A stretch of DNA of 45,831 nt, from the NCBI GenBank assembly GCA_011065065.1, contig JAAKFL010000002.1:1-45831 (forward strand). The letters run 5' to 3'. Positions within the stretch are counted from its first letter, which is position 1. Each line of letters starts with the position of its first letter. Both the position numbers and the translations under genes were made by a program. Below are positions 27,906-35,174 of this stretch, in pieces. Below the pieces are notes generated by a model. It was not told the origin of the DNA. It saw nothing but the letters and a program-made list of their open reading frames with translations, and did no database searches. The stretch is from Chlamydiota bacterium. Its GTDB lineage: Bacteria; Chlamydiota; Chlamydiia; Chlamydiales; SLFE01.

Positions 27906-27962
27906 TTTGGAAAAAGATGCGTAGAAACGTAAGGGCTTGCCTTTGCACTCCAAAAAGTTTAT

Positions 27963-29495
27963 TTAGTAAGGCAGTAGAATCCCAAAGACATAAAAGACCC
28001 CGCCAACAATAATCGTAGGTGTGATGGCAGCTAGGAGCAAATAGAGAGGCGCTATACCATCTGGAAAATACTTTCCAAGGATAGCTTGACCCGCCGGGTT
28101 GGGAGCATTCGCAATGACCGTTAATCCACCTCCCGTCACAGCCCCTGCTACTACGGCATACTTCATCGCATCGGTAAAGCCAGGCACAAGCGTTGCCAAA
28201 TAGGTAATTTCAGCATTGTCATTAAACGCCGTAAGAATCGTCGAAATAACCATTATCATTGAACTTGATGCATCGCTTAAGATAGGACCAATCCACCAAG
28301 CTTGCAGCCCCCCATGTACAATCAGCCCCGCTAAGAAAAATCCAACGAGTATAGGTGTTTTTAAATTCAAATGAGTTTGATAAGGAAGAGTAGCCCTGTA
28401 AAAACCTAAGAAGATCAGGAACGTTCCAATGAAGATGACAGGGTAGTGAGAATGAACCACGGTCCAAGCCAAAATCACTAAATGGAATAAGCTTATCCAA
28501 AATGGAATAACATCTTCTTTTTCAGATTCTTCTGCGCTAAACGTACTCTCGGCAAATTTCTTTTTCTTTTCAAGAGCATCAAATTCTGATCGAAAGAAAG
28601 TAAAATAAACAATGTTGGAAATCAAAATTCCAATGACCGCTTTCCAGCCAAAATGTGACGCCATAAAAGCTGTATCCCAATGCCACGCCTTACTCACCAT
28701 AAGAACAGCCGGTGCTGCAAAATTCGTAAACACTCCACCAATTGAAATGTTGACAAACAGTAAACCCAATGTCGCGTAAGCCATTTTAAGACTAGGCTTT
28801 AGACGAAAAAATTGTTTTCCTAACAACATGGCGGAAATGGTCATGGCTCCTGGTTCTGTAATGAACGAACCCAAAAGTGGTCCCACAGTCAAAATAGTTA
28901 ACCACCATGCTTTAACGGACCCTCCACCAAGCCTTGAAATCGCCTTAACGCTATCCTCAGCCACTTTGAATATGGGTTTTGTCTGCGCTAATGCCATAAT
29001 CACCACGACAAATATAGGCTCGGTGTACGAACGATTATTGAGGTAATGCAAAGCGGTGCTCCAATCATAAACAAAAGACATTATGACCATCAAAGGAATC
29101 ACCCAAATTCCAAAAACCACCTCTACTTCGCTCATAAAATGGAGAATTTCCGATCCAAAAGTTTCGCGCCGGACTCCGGTTTTTCTTGCATTTAGTTCTA
29201 TCAGCCAATGAGATAACACAGCAAGTTTATGGGAAAAGAAAGTATGCGTGACAGCCATTAAAAAAAGCCCGAGGGCAAGGATATTAAATGGCTGAACCTT
29301 AACACGATAAACAAGTTTATTCCAAACTCCTTCAATTTGCTGATCGTCATACCCATCCGCAGTTAAAATCAACTCATACCTTGGCTTTTCCAGTCCTGTG
29401 TCTCTCGCTACAAAATAGAGCATTTCTGTGATTGCCAGAACAAAAACGATGTACATGAGAAGTAGATAGATGGGAGTTTTTTTAACGTTTTGCAT
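27963..29495 (-). CDS. polytopic inner-membrane transporter (possibly DUF1504 / putative Na+/H+ antiporter-like)
   Basis: 510 aa with at least 10 hydrophobic segments. The C-terminal GGGLTVIANAPNPAG motif recalls the putative Na+/H+ antiporter family. The family assignment is from memory only. Confidence 0.45.
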   Translation of the reverse strand: MQNVKKTPIYLLLMYIVFVLAITEMLYFVARDTGLEKPRYELILTADGYDDQQIEGVWNKLVYRVKVQPFNILALGLFLMAVTHTFFSHKLAVLSHWLIELNARKTGVRRETFGSEILHFMSEVEVVFGIWVIPLMVIMSFVYDWSTALHYLNNRSYTEPIFVVVIMALAQTKPIFKVAEDSVKAISRLGGGSVKAWWLTILTVGPLLGSFITEPGAMTISAMLLGKQFFRLKPSLKMAYATLGLLFVNISIGGVFTNFAAPAVLMVSKAWHWDTAFMASHFGWKAVIGILISNIVYFTFFRSEFDALEKKKKFAESTFSAEESEKEDVIPFWISLFHLVILAWTVVHSHYPVIFIGTFLIFLGFYRATLPYQTHLNLKTPILVGFFLAGLIVHGGLQAWWIGPILSDASSSMIMVISTILTAFNDNAEITYLATLVPGFTDAMKYAVVAGAVTGGGLTVIANAPNPAGQAILGKYFPDGIAPLYLLLAAITPTIIVGGVFYVFGILLPY

Positions 29496-29514
29496 TCATG
29501 ACCCCAAGCATTTA

Positions 29515-29543
29515 TTGAGCTTAATTCCTAAAGACACTATTTT
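29515..29543 (+). promoter_or_regulatory. sigma70-like promoter candidate for tatA-tatC
   Basis: TTGAGC (29515-29520), a 17-nt spacer, then TATTTT (29538-29543), about 50 nt upstream of tatA. Confidence 0.25.
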
Positions 29544-29592
29544 ATAACTTGTATGTTAAATAAACACCACTAATTTGACTAAAGGATTTATT

Positions 29593-29754
29593 ATGATTGG
29601 TACCGGTGAAATTATTGTGATTCTTTGTGTTGTATTACTTTTGTTTGGCGGCAAAAAACTTCCTGAGTTTGCCAAAAGCCTAGGAAAAGGAATCCGTGAA
29701 TTTAAAAAAGCTTGTCAAGGTACAGACGAAGACCCTAAAGACTCATCAGAATGA
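29593..29754 (+). CDS. tatA: twin-arginine translocase subunit TatA/E (53 aa; absent from the ORF track because of its length)
   Basis: Hand translation gives [53 protein letters not shown]. This is the classic TatA TM helix, FGxxKLP hinge and amphipathic helix. An SD-like aaagga lies upstream. The stop overlaps the tatC ATG (ATGA). Confidence 0.8.
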   Translation: MIGTGEIIVILCVVLLLFGGKKLPEFAKSLGKGIREFKKACQGTDEDPKDSSE

Positions 29755-30677
29755 ACACACACAACTTGTCTCCCGAATTCTGGGACCATGTTGAAGAACT
29801 GCGAAAAACGATCATCCGTTGCTTCATTACCATTGCGTTAGCAACAGCTCTCTGTTTCAGCTGTTTTTCCTGGCTTTACCCAGTGATCACGCACCCTCTC
29901 AACACAAAAAAGCAAGTCCAGAAAACTGTCATTTCAACCGAAAGACACTCAAACCCCAACCCCTATTCGATCACGATCCCTGCGCCTCCTCATTCCATCA
30001 CTTTTTTTTCTGATTCAGCTTACATGACGAAAGACAATCGGATTTCATTGCCTCCCAATGGATATATTGACATAGAAATGATAAATAACCCTCACTCCCT
30101 TGTGATTTTGGGTCCGTTAGAAGGAATCACGACCTCGTTAAAAATTAGCCTTTGGTTGGGACTTGTTATTTCTTTTCCGTTTTGGGGATTTTTCATGATG
30201 CAGTTCCTCCTCCCGGCCCTGAAAAACCACGAGAAAAATTTTATTTGTCCTTTTGCTTTCTGTTCGCTTTTATTCGTTTTTTTAGGAGGATTTATTGCCT
30301 TCACCTTTTTCATCCCGTTTACCAATGAAATTTTGCAGAATTTTAATCAAAAACTGGGAATTAACTTGTGGTCGATTTCCCATTATCTCAATTACACATT
30401 GATCATGTCGCTCTCCACAATTATTGCTTCAGAACTAGTTCTCGTGCTGTTTTTCTTAGTACATTACGGAAAAATTAATGATAAAAAAATGAGAAAATGG
30501 CGCCCAGGAGTTCTTCTGGGGATCTTTGTACTCAGCGCCATCCTGACTCCGCCAGATATATTGACACAGATTATCCTAGCACTCCCCATGGCTGGAATCT
30601 ATGAATTAGCAATTCTTTATGCCAAAATCAAAAGAAGTCAAAACCGTTTAAACCAGTATCTCATCGAGAATTTTTGA
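29751..30677 (+). CDS. tatC: twin-arginine translocase subunit TatC (with an enlarged first periplasmic loop)
   Basis: 308 aa with the N-terminal [15 protein letters not shown] motif and six hydrophobic segments. About 60 extra residues lie between TM1 and TM2 compared with typical ~250-aa TatC proteins. Confidence 0.8.
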   Translation: MNTHNLSPEFWDHVEELRKTIIRCFITIALATALCFSCFSWLYPVITHPLNTKKQVQKTVISTERHSNPNPYSITIPAPPHSITFFSDSAYMTKDNRISLPPNGYIDIEMINNPHSLVILGPLEGITTSLKISLWLGLVISFPFWGFFMMQFLLPALKNHEKNFICPFAFCSLLFVFLGGFIAFTFFIPFTNEILQNFNQKLGINLWSISHYLNYTLIMSLSTIIASELVLVLFFLVHYGKINDKKMRKWRPGVLLGIFVLSAILTPPDILTQIILALPMAGIYELAILYAKIKRSQNRLNQYLIENF

Positions 30678-32060
30678 CCTTCTTTCATGCCAGTCGGATA
30701 CTTTTATCCGCTTCAATTTAAAGCCCAACTTCTTGGCAATAAGGTTTTTGATCAAAGAGCTTCCCAAATAATGACCACTGCTGGAAAAGTGTGAGGGGCC
30801 ATCAACTTCGATTAATAGATTGTAATCTTTTAAATAAATATCGAAAAACAACCCTTCAACAAAATACTCATTATCTACACAGAATCCATTTGATTTAAGA
30901 CACTTCGAAATTTTTTGGTGTGTTCTACTTGATTCTGGAGATTCGCTTGTAGCTAATTTTTTTAAGATTTTAGTCTTATTCGGATAGTCATCTGAACCTC
31001 TTAGAACAAGCATTACCTGATGATATTGTTGTACATATTCAATCTTATCTAAAGATTCTGAACCTGCAATCATCTTATCAAATAAAGTTTTAGGTAAATT
31101 TAATCCAAAAACCGCAAAAGCCCAAGCTATATTCGCAATATCTTGGCTGTTGAAACCCCTGACCTTATCGCGCCCTTCGCAACTAAGAGCTGTCATAAGC
31201 CTTTCGTCATGAATCCCAAGGGTCGCAAAAGCCAAAGCTGTAATCGCAATCCCTTGGCTGTTGAAACCCCTGACCTTATGGCGCGCTTCGCAACTAAGAG
31301 CTGTCATAAGCTCTTCGTCATGAATCCCAAGTGTCGCAAAAGCCCAAGCTGTATTTGCAATATTTTGACTGTTGAAACCCCTGACCTTATGGTGCGCTTC
31401 ACCGCTAAGAGCTGTCATAAGCCTTTCGTCATGAATCCCAAGTGTCGCAAAAGCCAAAGCTGTACTCGCAATCCCTTGGCTGTTGAAACCCCTGATCTTA
31501 CGGCGCGCTTCACTGCTAAGAGCTGTCATAAGTTCTTTGTCATGAATCCCAAGTCTCGCAAAAGCCAAAGCTGTACTTGCTATGTTTCGACTTTCAAAGT
31601 CATTAATTTTTTCAATAGTTAAATCTCGAACAAATTGAAAAACTTTATGACTTTGAAGGTTTCGAAAATCTCCTCTTTGTTTGGCTAATTTGTGAAAAAA
31701 AGTCGAACAATTAATAAAATCAAAATTTTTGTGATGGTTACTGGCAACATTCAAAATTTCATTTACTGAATTGGCTTTTGTTATTTTTGAATTGATTTGC
31801 CTTGGATTTAATCGGTATTCTGTTTTTCTTTTATTTTTAGTTCTATCGATATTATGACATCTTGTTTGAATCGAAGAATCCTTACGATGAAATTCTTCCA
31901 CTTTCGATCTTGATCTTTGCCAAGGTTCTCTTCCTGATGATTCTTTCTTTTTGGCAGTATAATTTCTTCCTTGAAAGTCACGCCCCTGATATGAACGATC
32001 TCTGAATCTCTCTTCTCTTGAAAAACCTTTTATATTTGAATTAAAATAATATGGTTCCAT
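30648..32060 (-). CDS. RAP-domain protein with FASTK/heptatricopeptide-like 37-aa repeats; eukaryote-like candidate effector
   Basis: 470 aa with a basic R/K/G-rich N-terminus. There are four tandem 37-aa repeats (FNSQGIASTALAFATLGIHDERLMTALSGEAHHKVRG) plus degenerate flanking units. The C-terminal RAP-like motif is NLLIEVDGPSHF...LKRIKVSDW. Confidence 0.75.
   Translation of the reverse strand: MEPYYFNSNIKGFSREERFRDRSYQGRDFQGRNYTAKKKESSGREPWQRSRSKVEEFHRKDSSIQTRCHNIDRTKNKRKTEYRLNPRQINSKITKANSVNEILNVASNHHKNFDFINCSTFFHKLAKQRGDFRNLQSHKVFQFVRDLTIEKINDFESRNIASTALAFARLGIHDKELMTALSSEARRKIRGFNSQGIASTALAFATLGIHDERLMTALSGEAHHKVRGFNSQNIANTAWAFATLGIHDEELMTALSCEARHKVRGFNSQGIAITALAFATLGIHDERLMTALSCEGRDKVRGFNSQDIANIAWAFAVFGLNLPKTLFDKMIAGSESLDKIEYVQQYHQVMLVLRGSDDYPNKTKILKKLATSESPESSRTHQKISKCLKSNGFCVDNEYFVEGLFFDIYLKDYNLLIEVDGPSHFSSSGHYLGSSLIKNLIAKKLGFKLKRIKVSDWHERRSKILDEILV
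31155..31598 (-). repeat. 4 x 111-bp in-frame tandem coding repeats inside the RAP-protein gene
   Basis: Successive 111-bp units are very similar at the DNA level, for example the recurring ttgaaacccctgaccttatggcgcgcttc...gctaagagctgtcataagc...tcgtcatgaatcccaagtgtcgcaaaagcc. They create a spurious + strand ORF at 31143-31622. Confidence 0.85.
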
Positions 32061-32213
32061 AAAACATCCTCAATAACTTTAATTATGAATTAACAAAAAC
32101 AAATAATATCATAAAAAAAATGAAACAACAATAAAAATATTTTTTTATTATTCTAAAAGAAAAGTTAAATACGAGGTGGTTGGCGTTTAAACAGTGGCCT
32201 CGGGAAAAAACCA

Positions 32214-32290
32214 CATCTTGTCCATCCTTACAATCCTTTTATCCTGTTTTTTTAGCACAGGATAAAAGGATTGTAAGGATGGACAGGATG
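32214..32290. repeat. ATCCT-unit palindromic hairpin element, copy A5; probable bidirectional terminator
   Basis: The 34-nt arms 32214-32247 and 32257-32290 pair with 1 mismatch. The 9-nt loop is TTTTTTAGC. AAAAAA lies upstream and TTTTTTT downstream. The arm sequence is nearly identical to copy A4. Confidence 0.8.
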
Positions 32291-32356
32291 TTTTTTTAAA
32301 TAGTTTATAATAAATGACTTATAATTTTGTTATTTAGGAGATAGACACTTTGGTTT

Positions 32357-32758
32357 TTAATTTCTCCTCACATGAATGAGTTCCCTCTTATCAAAGTCAT
32401 CCAAATAGTAGCGCCACTCTTCAGCATCCCAGCTAAATTGTTCTACAAGATCCTTAAACCTTTGATAATCAATATCATGCATAATTCCGACGTAATTCAA
32501 AACCAACTGGAATTTCTTTTCGTCAACGCTCACAAATGTGGCAATTTTTGAATGAGGTACAGGAGAAGGTGCTTTCAAACACTCTCGAATACTGTCTGGA
32601 ATATAGTTATTTCCTTCATAAATCGCTGTCGTTAACCACAGTTTAGAGCTATCTAAACATGCTTTAGCAGTAATTAAAGAACCCAGAACACGCACATGCG
32701 CAACCCCATGCTCTTTTAATTCGTCTAAAACTGTCTTTATTTTGTTTTCAGCAACCAT
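32357..32758 (-). CDS. small hypothetical protein (133 aa); possibly class I type III secretion chaperone-like
   Basis: The size, an apparently acidic composition and a C-terminal pattern (FQLVLNYVGIMHDIDYQRFKDLVEQFSWDAEEWRYYL) are reminiscent of CesT/SycE-type chaperones. No firm motif. Confidence 0.3.
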   Translation of the reverse strand: MVAENKIKTVLDELKEHGVAHVRVLGSLITAKACLDSSKLWLTTAIYEGNNYIPDSIRECLKAPSPVPHSKIATFVSVDEKKFQLVLNYVGIMHDIDYQRFKDLVEQFSWDAEEWRYYLDDFDKRELIHVRRN

Positions 32759-32852
32759 GATTAAACTCCATTAGCACCTTAACTTTATTATAATATAAAA
32801 TCATAAATAAAACAATTACAATGACTTAAGCTATAGCTTGTAAACTACAGAA

Positions 32853-33539
32853 TTAAAAGCTAATTGTGTGCCAATTAATCGGAGTTCTCTCATATTTTTC
32901 GAGAAATTGATTGGCTTTTGAAAAGTGTTTGCATCCAAAAAAACCATTATAAGCAGAAAAGGGTGAGGGGTGAGCGGCTTTGAGTATCAGATGCTTTTGT
33001 TGATTAAGATGTCGTCCTTTTTCTTGGGCATACTTGCCCCAAAGAAGAAAAACACAGGGTTTTTCATTCTCATTTATTTTCATCAAAACAGCATCTGTAA
33101 ATTGTTCCCATCCTTTCTTTTGGTGAGATGCTGGTTGTCCTTTGCGGACAGTGAGAATGGAATTTAATAAGAGGACGCCTTGATCGGCCCATGAGATTAA
33201 GTCCCCATGTTTGGCGTTAAAACCGCCTATATCGGCCTCTATTTCCTTAAAAATGTTTTTTAAGGACGGAGGTAAGGGGACACCTTTTGGGACGCTAAAA
33301 CTCAATCCATGCGCTTGTCCAATTCCATGATACGGATCTTGTCCCACGATGACGACTTTCACTTTATTAAAAGGAGTATGTTGAAAAGCGTTAAAAATGA
33401 GTTCTTTAGGAGGATAGAATTCGAACCCGTTAACCTCTTCGGATTCAAGGGATTTTTTTAGGTTGGAAATATAAGATTTACAAAGCTCGTCTTTAAGTGC
33501 CAGTTGCCAGGAAGATTCCAGTTTAATAGTAATGGGCAT
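32853..33539 (-). CDS. ung: uracil-DNA glycosylase (family 1)
   Basis: Motifs VVIVGQDPYHG and AAHPSPFSA. I placed the start at the ATG at 33539, preceded by AAGGAG; the track extends to a GTG at 33566. Confidence 0.88.
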   Translation of the reverse strand: MPITIKLESSWQLALKDELCKSYISNLKKSLESEEVNGFEFYPPKELIFNAFQHTPFNKVKVVIVGQDPYHGIGQAHGLSFSVPKGVPLPPSLKNIFKEIEADIGGFNAKHGDLISWADQGVLLLNSILTVRKGQPASHQKKGWEQFTDAVLMKINENEKPCVFLLWGKYAQEKGRHLNQQKHLILKAAHPSPFSAYNGFFGCKHFSKANQFLEKYERTPINWHTISF

Positions 33540-33560
33540 TTTTACTCCTTTATTAGACTT

Positions 33561-33627
33561 TTCCACACAGGTTGAAGAAGAGAAAAGAATATATATCTTT
33601 CTTCTTCTTCTTCAGGTGCTGTGGGAA
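33561..33627. repeat. GAA/TTC-rich palindromic element E1 with an (AT)n core, upstream of ung
   Basis: The sequence is ttccacacaggttgaagaagagaaaagaatatatatctttcttcttcttcttcaggtgctgtgggaa. It is self-complementary around the atatatat core and resembles E2 at 34362-34427. Confidence 0.5.
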
Positions 33628-33775
33628 TGTTTACAATTCTATCGATTTCTCTATATAAAAACCTAGAAATTTCAATGTTCACAACTTTGTTTATAAATGG
33701 TGGTTCATAAACAGAGTATGGAATTCATCATCAGTCATGGACAATTTATCGACATGATTTAACAGGTTTTCAACA

Positions 33776-33803
33776 TTGACACAAAGAACCCATACCATAT
33801 ATG
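33776..33803 (+). promoter_or_regulatory. sigma70-like promoter candidate for the small ORF / tRNA-Pro unit
   Basis: TTGACA (33776-33781), a 16-nt spacer, then TATATG (33798-33803). Confidence 0.25.
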
Positions 33804-33844
33804 ATCAACACATCCAAATGAATCTACAGACGTGGGGGTGAAAT

Positions 33845-34099
33845 ATGAACAACTTAGCAGAAAACAATCTCGTTCGATTTATCAATATATCAAAGAAAAA
33901 AGACGGAATCTTTGCGAACTATAGGGTCACCGGAATCAATAGCGGTGTCATTTTCAAATCAACAATATCAGTTGATTTGGATGCTGCGGATGTTGATTTG
34001 TCAGATCCGGTTGAAGTTATTATTGAAAAATGTGCAGAAATGGCTGTTGAAAAGGTTAAAAAATCAGAAATCAAGTTTGAAGGGCTTGCAGCAGTTTAA
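33845..34099 (+). CDS. small hypothetical protein (84 aa)
   Basis: The ORF is preceded by a GGGGGTG SD-like sequence. No recognisable motif. It lies immediately upstream of tRNA-Pro. Confidence 0.4.
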   Translation: MNNLAENNLVRFINISKKKDGIFANYRVTGINSGVIFKSTISVDLDAADVDLSDPVEVIIEKCAEMAVEKVKKSEIKFEGLAAV

Positions 34100-34153
34100 A
34101 CCCAAGTATCCACCTAATGATTCATTCATAGGCAGATATTTGGGTTTTCATCT

Positions 34154-34228
34154 CTGGGTGTAGCGCAGCTTGGCCAGCGCACTTGCATGGGGTGCAAGGG
34201 GTCGGAGGTTCGAATCCTCTCACCCAGA
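34154..34228 (+). tRNA. tRNA-Pro (anticodon GGG)
   Basis: Hand-folded cloverleaf. The acceptor stem is CTGGGTG/CACCCAG with the C1-G72 pair typical of bacterial tRNA-Pro. The D arm is GCGC-AGCTTGGCCA-GCGC. The anticodon arm is CTTGC-ATGGGGT-GCAAG. The T arm is GGAGG-TTCGAAT-CCTCT. The discriminator is A, and CCA is not encoded. Confidence 0.85.
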
Positions 34229-34361
34229 TTCTTTTTGTTGATAACTTTAAGTCATAATGTTGATAACTATGCACTTGTTCATAAAGTGCACTTTATGGAC
34301 AAATCATTAACGGCTCTATAAACACTAGTTTTCATAGAGGAAATATCCCCTTTATCAACAT

Positions 34362-34427
34362 TTCCACACCACCTGAAGAAGAAGAAATAATATATATATA
34401 AAGATATTCTTCTCTGTAACTTGTGTA
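34362..34427. repeat. GAA/TTC-rich palindromic element E2 with an (AT)n core, upstream of the LbH transferase gene
   Basis: The sequence ttccacaccacctgaagaagaagaaataatatatatataaagatattcttctctgtaacttgtgt matches the reverse complement of E1 (cacctgaagaagaagaa...atatatat). Confidence 0.5.
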
Positions 34428-34475
34428 AATTGTGTATATTAGATATTTTAACTCTTTACTAAGGAGAATGATGTT

Positions 34476-35174
34476 ATGGATTCGTTGCGAATAGAATTTT
34501 TTTTTGATTTGTCGGAAATCGAACACCAAGCTCTTTTTAAAGCTTTTCAATATCCTTGGGAGGTTTTAGCTGCCATAGGAGACTATCTCAACAATCAAAC
34601 TTTAGGTAAAATTGATGTTGACATTCCAGAAGGAGCGTTTCTTGATAATCCCGAATTGATTTCAATTGGCGAAGGAACTGTAGTAGAACCCGGCGCTTAC
34701 ATCAAAGGACCTTGTATCATTGGGAAAAATAACTCGATTCGTCATGGAGCTTATATTCGTGGGAATGTTCTTGTTGGGGATAACTGTATTGTGGGGCACA
34801 CCACAGAAGCTAAGAACACAATATTTTTGAATGGGGCTCAAGCTGGACATTTTGCATATCTTGGAGATTCGATACTTGGAGTTAAAAGCAATGTTGGTGC
34901 CGGAACAAAATTCGCAAATCTCAAACTTGATTGCAAAGAGGTCGTTATACATGCAAATGGAGAAACCATTAACACCCAGCTTCGAAAATTTGGTGCCATT
35001 TTGGGTGACTATGTCCAAATTGGGTGTAACGCAGTGACAAACCCGGGGACGATCATCGGCCCTCACTCAAGATGTTACCCTTGCTTGAACTTTGGAGGCG
35101 TGATTCCTCCCAAATCCATCGTTAAACCCGAACAAAAATACAAAGTGATGGCCCTTGATGAAGCTCATACATGA
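34476..35174 (+). CDS. left-handed beta-helix (hexapeptide-repeat) acyl/acetyltransferase, GlmU C-terminal-domain-like
   Basis: 232 aa with repeated [LIV]G-x4 hexapeptides. HFAYLGDSILGVKSNVGAGTKFANLK resembles the GlmU acetyltransferase domain. AAGGAG lies 9 nt upstream of the ATG. Confidence 0.65.
   Translation: MDSLRIEFFFDLSEIEHQALFKAFQYPWEVLAAIGDYLNNQTLGKIDVDIPEGAFLDNPELISIGEGTVVEPGAYIKGPCIIGKNNSIRHGAYIRGNVLVGDNCIVGHTTEAKNTIFLNGAQAGHFAYLGDSILGVKSNVGAGTKFANLKLDCKEVVIHANGETINTQLRKFGAILGDYVQIGCNAVTNPGTIIGPHSRCYPCLNFGGVIPPKSIVKPEQKYKVMALDEAHT

Noticed and set aside
27756-27953. 65-aa - strand ORF (MECKGKPLRFYASFSKSDIKNHHRDHRAHRV...)
   Set aside because: It runs straight through both arms of palindromic element B. 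Its sequence (HHRDHRAHR) is simply the translated CACAGAG repeats, and there is no RBS or coding signal.
31155-31598. Regular tandem repeats that could be mistaken for a CRISPR array
   Set aside because: The units are contiguous 111-bp repeats without unique spacers, are in frame inside a long ORF, and encode a helical protein repeat. No cas genes are present.
31143-31622. 159-aa + strand ORF with a striking internal repeat (…AVETPDL…ATKSCHK.FVMNPK.RKSQSC…)
   Set aside because: It is the antisense shadow of the 111-bp coding repeats of the - strand RAP-protein gene. The - strand frame gives a recognisable domain architecture and a much longer ORF.
33912-34163. 83-aa + strand ORF overlapping the 84-aa ORF and running into the tRNA-Pro gene
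   Set aside because: It overlaps the tRNA and has no SD. The alternative frame at 33845-34099 has a plausible SD and stops before the tRNA, although that ORF is itself only weakly supported.
34236-34268. Direct repeat TGTTGATAACT (34236-34246 and 34258-34268) just 3' of tRNA-Pro, as possible att sites of an integrated element
   Set aside because: The copies are only 22 nt apart. No integrase, phage or island genes follow; the next genes are housekeeping (LbH transferase, ispA, eno, recA). An 11-mer is also too short to be significant.
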